Source: Lingula anatina
Lineage: Eukaryota; Animalia; Brachiopoda
NCBI GenBank assembly: GCA_051362555.1
Contig: CM120649.1
Coordinates: forward strand, 19,358,567-19,422,566
Length of the DNA: 64,000 nt
Direction: 5' to 3'
Shown here: positions 62,690-64,000 of the stretch, in pieces
Numbering within the stretch: the stretch's first letter is position 1
Layout of the letters: the number at the start of each line of letters is the position of its first letter
Made by a program: the position numbers and the translations under genes
The notes under the pieces: generated by a model
What the model was told of the DNA's origin: nothing
Database searches by the model: none
Seen by the model: only the letters and a program-made list of their open reading frames with translations

Positions 62690-63255
62690 TTTTTATGTAC
62701 AGACACAGATGTGTCTGTACATATTGCCATCACCTGCGTCTGTCGTCGCCGTCACCGATGCCGATGCCGATGCCGGCGCCGGCGCCGTGCACTTTCCTTG
62801 TAAACACGATAAGTGGAGGGCAGTTTTACTTTTTGGCTTTATATTTACAGAGCTGATGAATATTCATAAAACACTGGTCAAGTTCGAAAATCAGCATGAT
62901 CGGGCCATTATTGTAGAAGTTATGCTGTTTTTTCACTTTTCAGCATATATGCAACACTGTAAACACATTTAAAGGAAAACCGTTAGGCCTGTTGTCATGA
63001 AACTCACAGGAGTAATCAATCATACTAAAACGCAGGTCAAGTTAAAAAATCGGCATGATCGGGCCAGTATTTTAGTACTTATGCTGTTTTTTTCATTTTA
63101 CAGCATATATGCAACACTGTAAACACAATATAAGAAAAACAGATAGACCAATTGTCATTAAACGCACAGGAGTGGTCAATCTTACTAAAACGCCGGTTGA
63201 GTTCAAAAATCAGCATAATCGGGCCATTATTTTAGAAGTTATGCTGTTTTTTTCA
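62690..63255. mobile_element. Helentron/DINE-1-like non-autonomous element with internal ~160-bp tandem repeats
   Basis: T-run, 12-bp stem hairpin atgtacagacac-agat-gtgtctgtacat (62695-62722), GTC/GCCGAT microsatellite, then a repeat core aaaatc[ag]gcat[ga]atcgggcca at ~62887, 63046, 63206. Right boundary uncertain. Confidence 0.65.
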
Positions 63256-63898
63256 CATTTCCTCAGATTCAATTCTTAGGCATGTTAACAGTCTCATTAT
63301 TTAACTAATAAGATACGTAAAAGTGTTTGTTTGACATATCCTGCATCTTTACAACATTGTTAGTTGATTTTGTAAAAATGATGGTAAACTTGTTATCGTG
63401 TATTGTGTAATAAAGTTTCAAAAATGGAAATAAACTCATATCATTGCAGTTTGTCAGATTCAATTATTCACTATGTTCAGAATCTCAGAATGGAGGAAAT
63501 TGGACATTTAACACTGTTGTATTGATATTTTTCCCATCTCATCAATTTTCTTAGTTGATCGTATAAAAATGGCAGTAACCTGTTAATTTTGTTTTATGAT
63601 AGAAAAATTGTTAAAAATGAAAAAAAAAAAACATTTCAGAACAGTGCGGTCTTGTTTACATTTTGGCATTTTCAAGTTGTGGCTTTGAAGTTCCTTGGGA
63701 CTGAAGACCTTTGCTAGTCACATTTTCTGAATATCCATGATACTAATATTTTATTATTAAAAATTGATGGTCATTATGCTGTTAAACATTATGTAATATT
63801 GCCTCAAATTTTGAAAAAAACCTATTTTGGGCACTGCTCCAATGATGACCATTTAAGAAAAACCATGTCACTTACTGTTCTCAAACAGTACAGTAAAT

Positions 63899-64000
63899 AT
63901 GTACAGATGTGTCTGTACATATTACCATCACCTGCGTCTGTCGTCGCGGTCACTGTTGCTGTCGCCAGCGCCGTGCACTTTCATTGTAAACATGATAAGT
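63899..64000. mobile_element. Start of a second copy of the same DINE-like element (runs off window)
   Basis: atgtacagatgtgtctgtacatattaccatcacctgcgtctgtcgtcgc...gccgtgcacttt matches 62695-62815. Confidence 0.7.

Overview
AT-rich, intron-containing animal genomic DNA. The repeat types suggest a marine invertebrate such as a mollusc or other lophotrochozoan, but that is inference. Three spliced genes can be rebuilt by hand. (1) A complete 9-coding-exon hybrid-cluster protein gene (HCP/prismane, 'hydroxylamine reductase') on the minus strand, 773-4749, ~635 aa. All Fe-S ligands are intact and it has a mitochondrial-type presequence, although this enzyme is best known from anaerobic microbes. 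(2) XPC/Rad4, divergent from HCP on the plus strand, 7893-16885. (3) A ~44-kb, ~65-exon gene (17985-61913, roughly 5,500 aa) for a secreted Cys-rich protein: signal peptide-EMI-EGF-cbEGF-SEA-many ephrin-receptor-like (GCC2/GCC3) repeats-11 EGF-uromodulin/GP2-type D8C domain. It contains 15 near-identical symmetric ~297-nt exons. Several tandem arrays are built from units spanning exon/intron junctions, so splice donors or acceptors are multiplied; one array stays in frame. Introns and intergenic DNA carry many MITEs/fold-back elements, a mariner-derived fold-back and a Helentron/DINE-like element. Exon coordinates were read by eye and need RNA-seq confirmation.
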